From Nitrospirota bacterium (GTDB lineage: Bacteria > Nitrospirota > UBA9217), in the NCBI GenBank assembly GCA_963751455.1, contig CAVVUN010000001.1:480001-544000 (forward strand): a stretch of DNA of 64,000 nt, in the 5' to 3' direction. Below the pieces are notes generated by a model. The model searched no databases. It saw only the letters and a program-made list of their open reading frames with translations, and was not told where the DNA came from. A program made the position numbers and the translations under genes. Numbering within the stretch: position 1 is the first letter of the stretch; every line of letters begins with the position of its first letter. This document shows, piece after piece, positions 48,254-59,059 of the stretch.

Positions 48254-49138
48254 TCAAAATCTATCCCTGACCTTCCCATTCATGTCCGCCACTTCCGCGC
48301 TCACCTTGTCGCCGTCAACAGTCACGAGAATATAATGATTGAAGCCCCCGAATTCATCCAATGCGTACACCGGGGCCCCGGCGCCTCCTGTGATGACATG
48401 GTTGATGCCGTCCACGGTCTTCCTCTGATAGAAGTGTTCATGGCCTGCAAACACCGCTTTTACCCCGTTCTTCACGAACAGCGCTTCCAACCTGTCCCTG
48501 TCGCCGGGGTGCTTGTCAAGGCTCTCGCCCGCATGTCTTCCTTTACCCGGTACGGTATACATCGGATGATGGAGAAACACGAATTTGTGCTTCAGTTTAG
48601 AACTCGTGAGTAATGCCTCGAGCCATGCGTACTGTTCGCCGGAGATCTTTTTTTCCTGGCCGCTTATATATGAATCAAGAACAACTAACAGGGAATTGCC
48701 GGCTGTAAACGAATAGTACAGTTCATTCCCCGGAAGGTCCACCTGCTCCTTATACGTTTGTTCACTCGACCGCACCTCAGGATGTGCGTCATGATTCCCG
48801 ACAGTCAGAAAATACGGAACAGTAACAGCTTTTGACAATTGCCAGAAATTGTCCCAGAGCTGTACGTTACCGGGCTTTGCTATCACATCCCCTGTATTCA
48901 CGATAAAAACCGGTTTCCGCTCCATTGCCATGGCAACCAGCTTTTTATATGTGTCGTCACCCGACCGGTTGTCGCCCAGTACGACAAAAGAGAATTTCCC
49001 CTGGATATTCGCCAGTTCAGACAGCTTTTCCTTGATGTGCTGATTTTGAGCGGCCAACGATGAAGTTGGCAAAAGGAACCCGCATAACAAAGCAACAAGA
49101 ATGATTTTATTCCGAACTCCAAACTCCGAACTCCGCAC
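48254..49138 (-). CDS. Exported calcineurin-like metallophosphoesterase
   Basis: GDNR, NTGD, VGNHD, HHP, GHEH motifs; probable GTG start overlapping the pyrC stop. Confidence 0.85.
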   Translation of the reverse strand: MRSSEFGVRNKIILVALLCGFLLPTSSLAAQNQHIKEKLSELANIQGKFSFVVLGDNRSGDDTYKKLVAMAMERKPVFIVNTGDVIAKPGNVQLWDNFWQLSKAVTVPYFLTVGNHDAHPEVRSSEQTYKEQVDLPGNELYYSFTAGNSLLVVLDSYISGQEKKISGEQYAWLEALLTSSKLKHKFVFLHHPMYTVPGKGRHAGESLDKHPGDRDRLEALFVKNGVKAVFAGHEHFYQRKTVDGINHVITGGAGAPVYALDEFGGFNHYILVTVDGDKVSAEVADMNGKVRDRF

Positions 49139-50398
49139 TATAATTTTCCTCTCACAATCGTCTGCACAGCTTTTCCCTTCATTTTCCACCCGTCGAATGG
49201 CGTATTTTTTGATTTTGACTTCAACGCGGAGGCTGCCACAGTCCACTGGATATCCGGATCTATGATCGTAATATCCGCATCAGCGCCCTCGGATAATGTT
49301 CCTTTATCGATCTTGAGCACTGTTGAAGGGTTCAGGTTGAGTTTTCGAACAGCATCGGCAAGCGGAAGAACGCCTTCGTCCACGAGCTTGAGAGTGAGAC
49401 CGAGGGCGGTTTCGAGTCCGACAATGCCGAAGGGCGCGAAATCGAACTCTCCTGATTTCTCGTCCATGGCATGAGGGGCATGGTCCGTGGCAATAACGTC
49501 GATGGTTCCGTCTTTGAGGCCCTGCTTGATCGCGGCCACGTCCTCCGAGGTCCGAAGGGGCGGGTTCATTTTCGCCATCGTATTGTACCCCCGCACGGCT
49601 TCCTCGGTCAAAGAAAAGTAGTGCGGGCAGGTCTCAGCGGTAACCTTTACTCCCCGCGACTTGGCGTCCCGGATCAGCCGGACCGACCCCGCGGTGCTTA
49701 CATGCGCGATATGCAGCCTGCACCCGGTAAGTTCCGCCAGAGCGATGTCTCTGCCGGTCATGACTTCCTCCGCGGCCCTCGGTATTCCGCGGAGACCCAG
49801 TTGGGTCGAGACTATTCCCTCGTTCATCACGCCGGTGCCGGAAAGCGTTTTATCCTCGCAGTGCGAGACGAGCACCATGTCGAATATCTTGGAGTACTCC
49901 ATGGCACGCCTCATGATCCCTGCGGTCATGACCGGCCTGCCGTCGTCCGAAACAGCGCAGCAGCCTGCCTGGCGAAGCTCTGCCATCTCGCTCAGTTCTT
50001 CGCCCTTGGAGCCTTTCGTTATCGCTCCTATCGGTAAAACGCGTGCAGCTGCGTTCTTTGCCTGCGAAAGAATGAATTCAGTGACAGAACGATTGTCGTT
50101 TACCGGGTCCGTGTTCGGCATGCAGCAGACGGTAGTGAAGCCGCCTGCCTTTGCCGCGGCTGTTCCGGTTTCGATCGTTTCCTTGTACTCGAATCCCGGT
50201 TCCCGCAGATGCACATGCATATCGATCAGCCCGGGTACGACCAGTTTAGCGGAGGCATCGATCACCTGCGCACCGTTGGCTGATATCGAACCCTGTCTTG
50301 CCGACTTTCGCGATCCTTCCGTCGGAAACAAGGATATCGAGTTTGGCGTCAAGATTGTTGGCCGGGTCGATGATGTGACCGTTTTTAATTAAAATCAT
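49138..50398 (-). CDS. pyrC: Dihydroorotase, with an apparent frameshift near 50295
   Basis: True N-terminus [33 protein letters not shown] at 50398 is out of frame with ...[14 protein letters not shown]...ATDHAPH. Confidence 0.9.
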
Positions 50399-50469
50399 AA
50401 GGACCTTTTTTTGCCCCCTCACCTTTGTCCTCTCCCCGGAGGGGAGAGGGTAGGGTGAGGGGGAATTAA

Positions 50470-51400
50470 TTACGCTTCCGGCTTACCGCCGCCTGACAGC
50501 AGGAACATGACCGCCATACGGACCGCCACCCCGTTAGTCACCTGGTCCAGGATCACGGCGTACTGTCTGCCACTTCTGAAGATATTTCAACTCCGCGATT
50601 CATGGGTCCGGGATGCATAACCATCGCGTTCGTGCTCCGGCTCTTTCAAGCCGTGCTTTGTTCAATCCGTATAGTCTGGCATATTCCCGGACTCCCGGGA
50701 AGAGTCCGGCAGCCTGGCGCTCGAGCTGCAGCCGCAGCATCATTACAGCATCAACGCCCTCGACAGCTTTGTCCATGTCGTAATAAACCTGAGCTCCCAT
50801 GCTCTCGATACCCGGAGGTATCATCGTCGGGGGACCGCATACCCGGACCTTGGCGCCCATGATGCCGAGCCCGTAGATATTCGAGCGGGCCACCCGGCTG
50901 TGCGCAATGTCCCCGACGATGGCGACGGTAAGCCCTTTAAGCTTTCCGAACTTTTCCCGTATCGTGAACATGTCGAGCAGGGCCTGGGTCGGATGTTCAT
51001 GGAAACCGTCCCCTGCATTGATCACTGAACTCTTCAGCCGCTTTGACAGGAATTCCGGGGCGCCCGAGCAGGCGTGACGCACTATGATAATATTGCACTT
51101 CATCGCCTCGATGTTGCGCGCGGTGTCCAGAAGCGTCTCACCCTTGACAACGCTGCTGGTCGAGGTAGAGATATTGATCACGTCCGCGGACAGCCTCTTT
51201 CCAGCGAGTTCGAACGAGGTGCGCGTCCTGGTGCTCGCCTCATAGAACAGGTTGATGACGGTCTTGCCGCGAAGAGCAGGAACTTTTTTGATGTCCCGCT
51301 CGGACACGTCCTTGAAAGTCCCGGCCGTATCAAGCAGGAGCTTGATCTCGTCCGGACTCATGCCTTGTATGCCGAGCAGATCTTTGGAACTGAGGGTCAT
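50470..51400 (-). CDS. pyrB: Aspartate carbamoyltransferase, with two apparent frameshifts near 50630 and 50565
   Basis: [26 protein letters not shown]; downstream frames encode [13 protein letters not shown] and [14 protein letters not shown]. Confidence 0.9.
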
Positions 51401-51413
51401 TTTTGTCCTAACC

Positions 51414-51489
51414 CGCATGGAGCATGGCGCTAAGCGCATAGCGTTGCTTTTTGCTTTTTCGCTATGCCCTATGCGCTTTGCGCTATGCG
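51414..51489. repeat. Inverted GCGCATA-family heptamer arrays
   Basis: cgcatggagcatggcgctaagcgcatagcg ... cgctatgccctatgcgctttgcgctatgcg. Confidence 0.85.
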
Positions 51490-51500
51490 TAGTCTCTTCA

Positions 51501-52043
51501 TCATTCTCCCAGGATCACTACCTTCTCTTCCGAACCGTCGTCTGCCAGCATTACTTCCACTTTTTCCCTGATCGAAGTAGGGAGGTTCTTTCCCACATAA
51601 TCAGCCCGGATCGGGAGTTCCCTGTGCCCGCGGTCTACGAGCACCGCGAGCTGAATGCGGCGCGGCCTGCCGTAGTCCATTACGCTGTTCAAGGCGGCCC
51701 TGATGGTTCTGCCCGTAAAAATAACATCGTCTACCAGGACCATGATCTTGTCCTGGATATCGAACGTGATGTCGGTTTCCTTGGGGACAGGCTGCGATTT
51801 TCGCGTTGCCAGGTCATCCCGGTACATCGTGATGTCAAGGCTTCCGATCGGAGGTTCGAAGCCTTCGATTTCCTTTATTTTCGACGCAAGCCGCTTTGCC
51901 AGGTTAACGCCGCCCCGCTGGATGCCGACCAGAACGAGCGACTTTGCGCCCTTGTTCTTTTCCAGGATCTCATGCGCGATCCTGGTCATGGCCCGGTCGA
52001 TTCCGGCCTTATCGAGTATCAATGCTTTTTCTTTTAAGCTCAT
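51501..52043 (-). CDS. pyrR: Bifunctional pyr operon attenuation regulator / UPRTase
   Basis: [41 protein letters not shown]. Confidence 0.97.
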   Translation of the reverse strand: MSLKEKALILDKAGIDRAMTRIAHEILEKNKGAKSLVLVGIQRGGVNLAKRLASKIKEIEGFEPPIGSLDITMYRDDLATRKSQPVPKETDITFDIQDKIMVLVDDVIFTGRTIRAALNSVMDYGRPRRIQLAVLVDRGHRELPIRADYVGKNLPTSIREKVEVMLADDGSEEKVVILGE

Positions 52044-52072
52044 AGAGAAACTCCGGTTAGGCCGCTAGCTAG

Positions 52073-52142
52073 GGTAGCCGCAAGCTTCAGCTTGCGTGTT
52101 CAATTTCGGCAGTTCTTCGCTAGGCTAAAGCCTGCGGCTACC
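52073..52142. repeat. GTAG-type REP doublet (GGTAGCCGCA..TGCG / GC..GCGGCTACC)
   Basis: Same REP at 44044-44068, 61544-61644 and 62633-62708. Confidence 0.85.
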
Positions 52143-52190
52143 ATTTAGTGATTTACTTGCGTTCATGTCTTCCTGGATTCTGGAAAAGAC

Positions 52191-52311
52191 AAAAAAAAAC
52201 CTTCTCCCGGTGCGGGAAGAAGGTCGCGCGTGCATGCATCAAGCGTTATTCCGCTTTTATGTTTTTTCATGTACAACCCTTCCTGGCCTCTCGGGACCAG
52301 ACTTAAAGAGG
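52191..52311 (-). promoter_or_regulatory. PyrR-binding attenuator leader
   Basis: CTTTAA-GTCTGGTCCCGAGAGGCCAG binding loop (52276-52311), followed by terminator CCTTCTTCCCG..CGGGAGAAGG-T9. Confidence 0.88.
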
Positions 52312-52421
52312 ATTTCTTACGGGGTTAAAATACATCAAGTCGCAGAAACTGTCAAGAAGTTTTTGTCGTCATTCGTCCCTCATCCCTCAGAGATTCATCG
52401 CCTTTACGTCCCCTCCGGTTC

Positions 52422-55416
52422 TTATCTCATCCTCTGAAGCAGGGCCACGGGGAAATTAGCAAAGACATCACTGAGCCATAACCCGGCCTTGCCATGCGCC
52501 AGGCGCCTGGCGGAAACTACTTCGCGGGTAAATATATTCCGGTACTCGGTCCCGGCTTCAACATCCAGAACGAGGTGCGTGTCCTGCCATACAGCCTTTC
52601 CGAACGGGACCGAGGTACTGCCACCCACGATATCTGGCCAGCAGTCTGGGTACGATTATAAACGCCGATTCGCGTTCAATTTTCCTTTCAAACGCACAGA
52701 CGCTGCGGCCCCGGGCTCCGGCAGCTTCGAGCATAGCGTACCCGCCCTCCAGAAATAAGCGCCGGTTCGCCCTGCGGAAATTGAGCGCCTTCCATATCAG
52801 ATACAGCATGATCCTGCCGTCATCCTTGCTTACTGTAAGCTCCCGGCACAATTCGGTTCCGGATTTGCGGGCTGCGAGCTCCTTCAAGCCTGAAAGCATA
52901 TGCTCCCGCTTATCGTAATCAACCGGCCTCCGGTTATCCGGATCCACCAGACTGAAATCCCAGAGCTCCCTGCCTTGATAAAAATCAGGCACTCCCGGGC
53001 ACGTAGTCTTCAACAGCGCCTGGGAAAGAGAGTAGAACATCGCGTAATGAGAAACAGAGCGTTGAAACGGCAAAAAATCATTCAGAAAAGGATTTTCAGC
53101 GGAGGGACGAAGGACTGTTTCTATGAAGGCGATTACGGCATCCTCATACGCTTTATTCTGGTTCGTCCAACTCGTATTCAGCTTAGCCTCTCGCAAGGCC
53201 TTCACCATATACTCCTTGATTCTCCCTATCAAATCGCCGTAAAACCGGCCGGCCGGCATAACAACCGGCCAGACGCCGACCAGGGTCTGGTAGAGAAGAT
53301 ATTCCTCGTTAAGGTCCGGCGCAGGCACGCTCTCTATGGAGATCTTCTTTTTCTTGTTCAGCTTGGCCCACTTTTTCAAGTGCTCCGCCCACTCAACAGG
53401 CATTTCCGAGAGAACGTTGATCCTCATGCGCACGTCCTCGCTCCTCTTGGTATCATGAGTGGAGGTTGTTATTAGGGCATGCGGCCAGTTCTTCACGCGC
53501 TCCATGTTCTGACCGTGAAAGGTCTCGAGCGGGGTGCCGAACCTGTCCGGCATTCCTCCCACCTCGTTCAGGGAGACGAGGCGGTTATAGACATAGAACG
53601 CGGTATCTTCGAGGCCTTTCGCCATGACCGGGCCGGTAATCTGCTGAAAGCGCATTACGAAATCGACCCACTTGGCCTTGTCCTCATCCTTGAAGTCTTT
53701 GGGACACCGCACGAGCAGAATGTCCTTCAGAAAATCGAAAATGGATTCGCTGATTGCCGGGTTGCGGCGCTTCGCCTTGGACACTGCCAATTCTATATAT
53801 TGAGAATCCCGGTCCGTAACATGACAGCTGTTGATATAGGTCCGGTACACCGGGAAGGAGGCGATGACGTCGACAATGGCGCTGCGCAGGCTATAGAGCG
53901 TAAAATCCCGTGTGTGACGGTTTTTTTCGGATATATCGTTCAGGTAGCGTCCCAGCGTATTGACTTCACTCGACATGGCCACCTGCATCACGAGTTTCTT
54001 TTTTTCGTAGAAAACATCCTGGAAATTGAGCCTGGATCTTATGAATTTTTGATATATGAGCTCGAACGCCTTCGCGTTCTCGCCGTCGATGAAAATACCG
54101 TTTACGGAATTCAGGAAGACATACCCGGTCGTGCTGAAAATCGGCCACTCGCGCGGCATTCGTTCGCTCCTGGTAAGTATCTTTTCACCGACGATGTAAA
54201 ACGGCTTATACTCGGGATCCTGCTGAAGCGCGGCCCTGTATTGCTTCGCAAGCTCTCGCTCTTCTCCCGGCGTGCCGTTCCCGTTCGGACCGCCGCCTGC
54301 GAACGCGTATTTTGCGGCTTTTACGATCTGAACGAAGCACCCCTCCTGTAACCGATGGAAATAATCGTCCGGATCATACAAGCCGTCGGGATGGTCGACA
54401 CGAAGGCCGGTGACGCTTTTGTCCCGTATCAGCCGGAAAATAAGCTCATGGGTAGCTTCGAAAACCCCGGGATGTTCCATCCGGATGGCTGCCAGGCCGT
54501 TTATATCGAAAAATCTGCGGTAGTTGATCTCATCCGTGGCCACCCTCCAGTGAGACAGCCGGTAAACCTGCTGGTTCATAAGGCCGTCGAGGAGATCAAA
54601 GCTCTTCGGGTCTCCTTTTGTTCCGTTGAACAGCCGCACGTTTTTATCAATGTGCGCCTTGATCTCCCTGGAGCTTGAATACAACGTGGAGAGTCGGCGT
54701 TTGATCACCTTTTTCTCGCGATACCGCTCTTCAATCTTTTCCCTGTCCCTCTCAAAGGACGACGGCAGGTGTTTCAATGCCGTGATAACGCTCAAAAACT
54801 CTACGAGGTCCGGGTTATCATTCTGCAGAGCCGCCTCGAGCACATGCAAATGGTGCTCGAGGATAAGAACATATGTCTGGGGCTGCACAGGGAACTTATG
54901 CTCGTAGTAATACAGAAAAAAAGCTCCCTCTTCAAAAGATATTGTAAGGTCAGGCGCTTCCAGCGCCCTCCCGTATTGATCGCCAAGTATGGGGATCAGG
55001 ACTTTGTTGAGGAGCTCTTTCTTGACCGGCGACCAGTCGATATCGAAATACTTCGCATAGGGCGAACTCTGCCCGTTTTCGAGGAGGTCCGTCCACCACC
55101 GGTTGTCAGGGTCCTCGATGCACATATGGTTCGGAACAATGTCGAGCAACTGTCCCATACCGTGGCGGTTCAATTCGGCGACCATAGCCTGATAGTCGTC
55201 CTCGGTGCCTATTTCCGGATTGAAGCTATTGTGGTCCACGATATCGTATCCGTGCATGCTTCCCTGCTTTGCCTTGAAATAGGGCGAGGCATAGATATCG
55301 GTTATCCCGAGGTCGTGGAGATACGGGATAATCCGGGCGGCATCCCTGAAGGTGAAGTGACGGTTGAACTGGAGCCGGTAGGTGGCGCCGGGTATTTTCG
55401 GTACAGGCAGATCCAT
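52422..55416 (-). CDS. treY: Malto-oligosyltrehalose synthase, with an apparent frameshift near 52635
   Basis: ATYRLQF, HGYD, DIVPNHM, INYRRFFD, GLRVDHPDGL, STHDTKRSED, SLVDPDNRRPVD; the C-terminal ...FANFPVALL is in another frame. Confidence 0.92.
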
Positions 55417-55500
55417 AATCAGCGTTCCTTCCCTTGCGGCCTGTTAAAGTATTAAAGAAACTCAATCACATCGGTAAACCAAACAAAAGCAAATAATATC

Positions 55501-55896
55501 ACCACACCCTGCATTCGCGGCGTAGCACTCATGACCGCTGGGTGCAGGCAGAGGACACAGCATTTGAGAAAGAATCATAATTGATGAAATCGTAAGAAGT
55601 CAGAATAAGCCCTATTTCGTCATACCGGCGAAAGCCGGTATCCAGTCTTTTCAATGAGTTCAATGTTTACTGGACCCCGGTTTTCACCGGGGAGACGACT
55701 TTTTACGAATGCATCATAATAATTGCTGAAACCGTAATAATTCAAAATTTTCACACGGAGCCACGGAGCCACGGAGAAATAGCGCTGAAAACAAAGATGG
55801 TTTTCTTTGTGTCTTTGTGGCTTTGTGTGAGACTAGTTTTTACGAATGAATCATAATAGAAATTGTCCTTCTCTGTGCCTCCGTGTCTCCGTGGTT
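55501..55896. repeat. Nested repeat cluster: 9-mer arms enclosing a 44-bp micro-insert and two tandem MITEs (55581-55717 with a REP doublet; about 55724-55853 with 8-mer arms)
   Basis: acc[acaccctgc...gggtgcag]gcagaggacacag ... ctctgtgcctccgtgtctccgtggtt; the first MITE is near-identical to 9493-9629. Confidence 0.85.
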
Positions 55897-55910
55897 AAAA
55901 TTAGTGTTTG

Positions 55911-57806
55911 TCATGCTCCCTTCCCTTCAGCCTGATACATCACTGCGCTGAAGGGGTTCATGGAAACAAGCACTTGCTCGCCAGTCGAAACGATCGCCTG
56001 TTGCGCTATTTCTCCGCTTCCTCCCCATACCGCCGCAGTTGAATCCATCAGCTTCGTCCAGGAGCCTGCTCGCACGATTACCGGGATAGCGGTCGGGTGC
56101 TCGTTGAATGAGTAGATCATCGTAACCCGGCTGCCTTCCCGCCCCCTTCGCACGACTATGGCCCGCTCCCTGTCAAAACCAGTCACCTCCATGTCTTCTT
56201 TGGTCAGGTTCGAAAGCGCGGGAATCGCTTTCCGAATGCGAATCAGCATTTTATAATAATCGAACAGGATCTTATGCCTGCCGGACGTGCGGAGAGCAGG
56301 CGCGAGCTTCGACCGCAGAAACGTTTTTTCGTCCTGCGGGTCCGGGACTTCTCCGTCCCATTCAAAATGGGAGAATTCCATGCTCCTTCCTTTTCTGACC
56401 GCTTCGATAAGGGTGTCATGAATGTGGCTCACAAAATACTGAAACGGCGCTTTCTCTCCGTATTCCTCGCCCATGAACAGAAGCGGTATATAGGGGGAAA
56501 GTAAGATACAGGCTGCCGCAAGCTTGACTTGTTCGAAGGACGCGATCGAGAATAAGCGCTCGCCGAGCATGCGGTTGCCGATCTGGTCATGGTTCTGGGT
56601 GCAGACGATGAATTGACGCGGGTGCCTCTCCCGTGATGAACTTCCGTGACTCCGTTTGCGGTAACGGGAATAAGCACCCGAGTAGACAAACCCTTCTCTG
56701 AAGGCCTTTGCCATCTGTTCTATTGTGCCGAAGTCCAGGTAATATCCTTTCCGTTCACCGGTAATGAGCGTATGAAGCGAGTGATGGAAGTCGTCGTTCC
56801 ACTGCGCATCCAGTCCATAGCCGCCGATATCCCGGGGATTTATGATCCTTACATCGTTCAGGTCGCATTCGGCTGTTATGAATATTTTTCTCCCTAGTTC
56901 GCGGGCCCGGGCATGGACCGCATTTGCCAATTTCTCCAGGAAATGACCTGGTTTGAAATCGTAGATCGTATCGACGGCATCCAGCCTCAGGCCGTCCATG
57001 TGATACTCCGTTACCCAGAACAGGGCGTTCTGGACGAAGTAATTCCGGACCTCATCGCTGTAAGGGCCGTCATAGTTCAGGGCATCTCCCCAGGGCGTTT
57101 TGTATTTGCCGGTAAAGTAAGGCGCGAAATCGGCAAGATAGTTCCCATCGGGACCCAGGTGGTTGTAAACCACGTCGAGAATGACGGCAATGCCCTTTCC
57201 GTGACAGGCATTTACCAGCGCCTTCAAACCGGACGGTCCGCCGTAGGAACTTTGAGGAGAGAAGGGATAGACGCCGTCATACCCCCAGTTCCTGGTTCCC
57301 GGAAACTGGGCAACGGGCATGATTTCGACGGCTGTTATGCCGAGTTCTTTGAGATAATCGAGCCGCGGGATAACGGCTTCGAACGTCCCCTCCGGTGTAA
57401 AGGCGCCTATATGAAGTTCATATATGATGTATTCTTCGAGAGAAATGCCTTTCCATGCCTGGTCGTCCCACGGGAACTCGCCGGGATCGATCAGCTCGGA
57501 CGGATCGTGCACGCCTTCAGGCTGGGAGCGGGATGCGGGATCAGGCCGGTCTTTTTCATTATCAATCCGGAACACATAGCGCGCTCCGGGCAACAGGCCG
57601 GTTACTGTCGTCTTCCAGTAGCCCCGGTCGTCCCGGCTCATCGGTTTTATCCGGGGCTCAGGTGATGCTATTTTTACGGAAACACTTTCCAGAAGCGGGG
57701 CCCAGACCGTAAAATCACACGTTCCGTTTCCGCGATACACGGCGCCGATATCGGCCAGTTCATCTTTGCGAGCTGTGCCCACTGCCGACCACCTCTGTTC
57801 GCGCAT
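55911..57806 (-). CDS. treZ: Malto-oligosyltrehalose trehalohydrolase
   Basis: PDPASRSQPEGVH, NWGYDGV, DVVYNHLGP, GLRLDAV, QNHDQIGNR, LFMGEEYG. Confidence 0.96.
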   Translation of the reverse strand: MREQRWSAVGTARKDELADIGAVYRGNGTCDFTVWAPLLESVSVKIASPEPRIKPMSRDDRGYWKTTVTGLLPGARYVFRIDNEKDRPDPASRSQPEGVHDPSELIDPGEFPWDDQAWKGISLEEYIIYELHIGAFTPEGTFEAVIPRLDYLKELGITAVEIMPVAQFPGTRNWGYDGVYPFSPQSSYGGPSGLKALVNACHGKGIAVILDVVYNHLGPDGNYLADFAPYFTGKYKTPWGDALNYDGPYSDEVRNYFVQNALFWVTEYHMDGLRLDAVDTIYDFKPGHFLEKLANAVHARARELGRKIFITAECDLNDVRIINPRDIGGYGLDAQWNDDFHHSLHTLITGERKGYYLDFGTIEQMAKAFREGFVYSGAYSRYRKRSHGSSSRERHPRQFIVCTQNHDQIGNRMLGERLFSIASFEQVKLAAACILLSPYIPLLFMGEEYGEKAPFQYFVSHIHDTLIEAVRKGRSMEFSHFEWDGEVPDPQDEKTFLRSKLAPALRTSGRHKILFDYYKMLIRIRKAIPALSNLTKEDMEVTGFDRERAIVVRRGREGSRVTMIYSFNEHPTAIPVIVRAGSWTKLMDSTAAVWGGSGEIAQQAIVSTGEQVLVSMNPFSAVMYQAEGKGA

Positions 57807-57847
57807 GTTGTCTCTGCGGTAGCGGTTGAAACGCCTTATTCCGGAGA

Positions 57848-59059
57848 TTACATCTCCAGCACCCGTCTGCCGTCGCTCTCTACCGAGTACCAGATCGAGA
57901 GGTAATCACGGATCTGTCTTGTTATCAGAAAATTAGTCCGGACGTGTTCCCGGGCCAGTTCACCCATTCTTTTCTCCATATCGGGATTGTTCAGGAACTG
58001 CCGGATCCTGAACGCCGCGCCCTCCGCGGAATGAACGAGAAAGCCGTTGACGCCGTGAACGATCTGAAGGGGAATGCCGCCGACGGCCCCGCCGATTATC
58101 GGCTTTCCTTTCCACATGGCCTCGGACACGGTAAGACCGAACCCTTCCTTGAGCGATTTTTGCAGCACCACGGTAGCCAGCCTTTGAAGGGCATTGATGT
58201 CCTTATCGCTGAACGGAGGCAGCAGCAGGATGCGTATGTCAGGATCGTCGGCCGCGCTCTTCCTCACTTCGTTAAGGACCATTTCCCCTTCCGGGTCGTC
58301 GGACGCCGGGCTCCCGGCAAGCACCAGGATGCAGTCATTGTACTTCTTCACCATGCGGTACGCGTTGATCACGCCGATAGGGTCCTTGAACCTGTCGAAC
58401 CGGGAAACCTGGAGGAGCATCGGCCTGTCCGGCGGGATATCGAACTTGATTGCGGTGTCCCGGATTTCATTCTCGGTAAGGTCCCGGTTCTTTTCGCTTA
58501 CCGGGTCAATGGAGGGAGGGACGATGAATTCATCGAGCGACATCTTCTTCGCGAATTTTGAAACCGAGAAAACAGCGGCGTCGTACTGTTCGCAGTACGG
58601 CTTGAGCGAGTCCCATGTTTCCTTCCGGGGGTTCGAGACATCGATATGGCATCTCCAGATCCACGTCCCGTTTTTTCTGAACTGGATAAGCGGGGCAGGC
58701 TGGGGATCATGGATGAGTACCGCATCCGCCTCCAGGTCAAGGTTTTCCGCGTTTCTCCGGTTTACCTCGTAATGATAGTCCCACATCTGCCGCGTAATAT
58801 TTTCCTGATCGCCCTGGAGCGAGTTATGGACCTTTTTGGTCATGTCGTAAAACTGAGCGTCTCCGCTGATGACCTCCCATCGGGTGTCCACGCCAAGCTC
58901 CTGCAGCATGGGGATCATGCGGTGCAGTATCTCGGCCACTCCGCCCCCTTCCCGTGTGGAGTTTATATGAAGAAATTTCTTCTTCTTCAGCCGCTCCCCC
59001 AGTTTCTGGATGAGCATCAAATCGCCCTTCGGAGCTATTCCGTAATATTGGCTAAGCAT
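57848..59059 (-). CDS. GT4 glycosyltransferase, trehalose synthase TreT-like
   Basis: HINSTREGGGVAEIL, IHDPQP, WRCHID, QVSRFDRFKD, KEGFGLTVSEA. Confidence 0.88.
   Translation of the reverse strand: MLSQYYGIAPKGDLMLIQKLGERLKKKKFLHINSTREGGGVAEILHRMIPMLQELGVDTRWEVISGDAQFYDMTKKVHNSLQGDQENITRQMWDYHYEVNRRNAENLDLEADAVLIHDPQPAPLIQFRKNGTWIWRCHIDVSNPRKETWDSLKPYCEQYDAAVFSVSKFAKKMSLDEFIVPPSIDPVSEKNRDLTENEIRDTAIKFDIPPDRPMLLQVSRFDRFKDPIGVINAYRMVKKYNDCILVLAGSPASDDPEGEMVLNEVRKSAADDPDIRILLLPPFSDKDINALQRLATVVLQKSLKEGFGLTVSEAMWKGKPIIGGAVGGIPLQIVHGVNGFLVHSAEGAAFRIRQFLNNPDMEKRMGELAREHVRTNFLITRQIRDYLSIWYSVESDGRRVLEM

Noticed and set aside
50290-50640. Programmed frameshifting in pyrB/pyrC
   Set aside because: No slippery heptamers or stimulatory structures; similar indels occur in unrelated genes.
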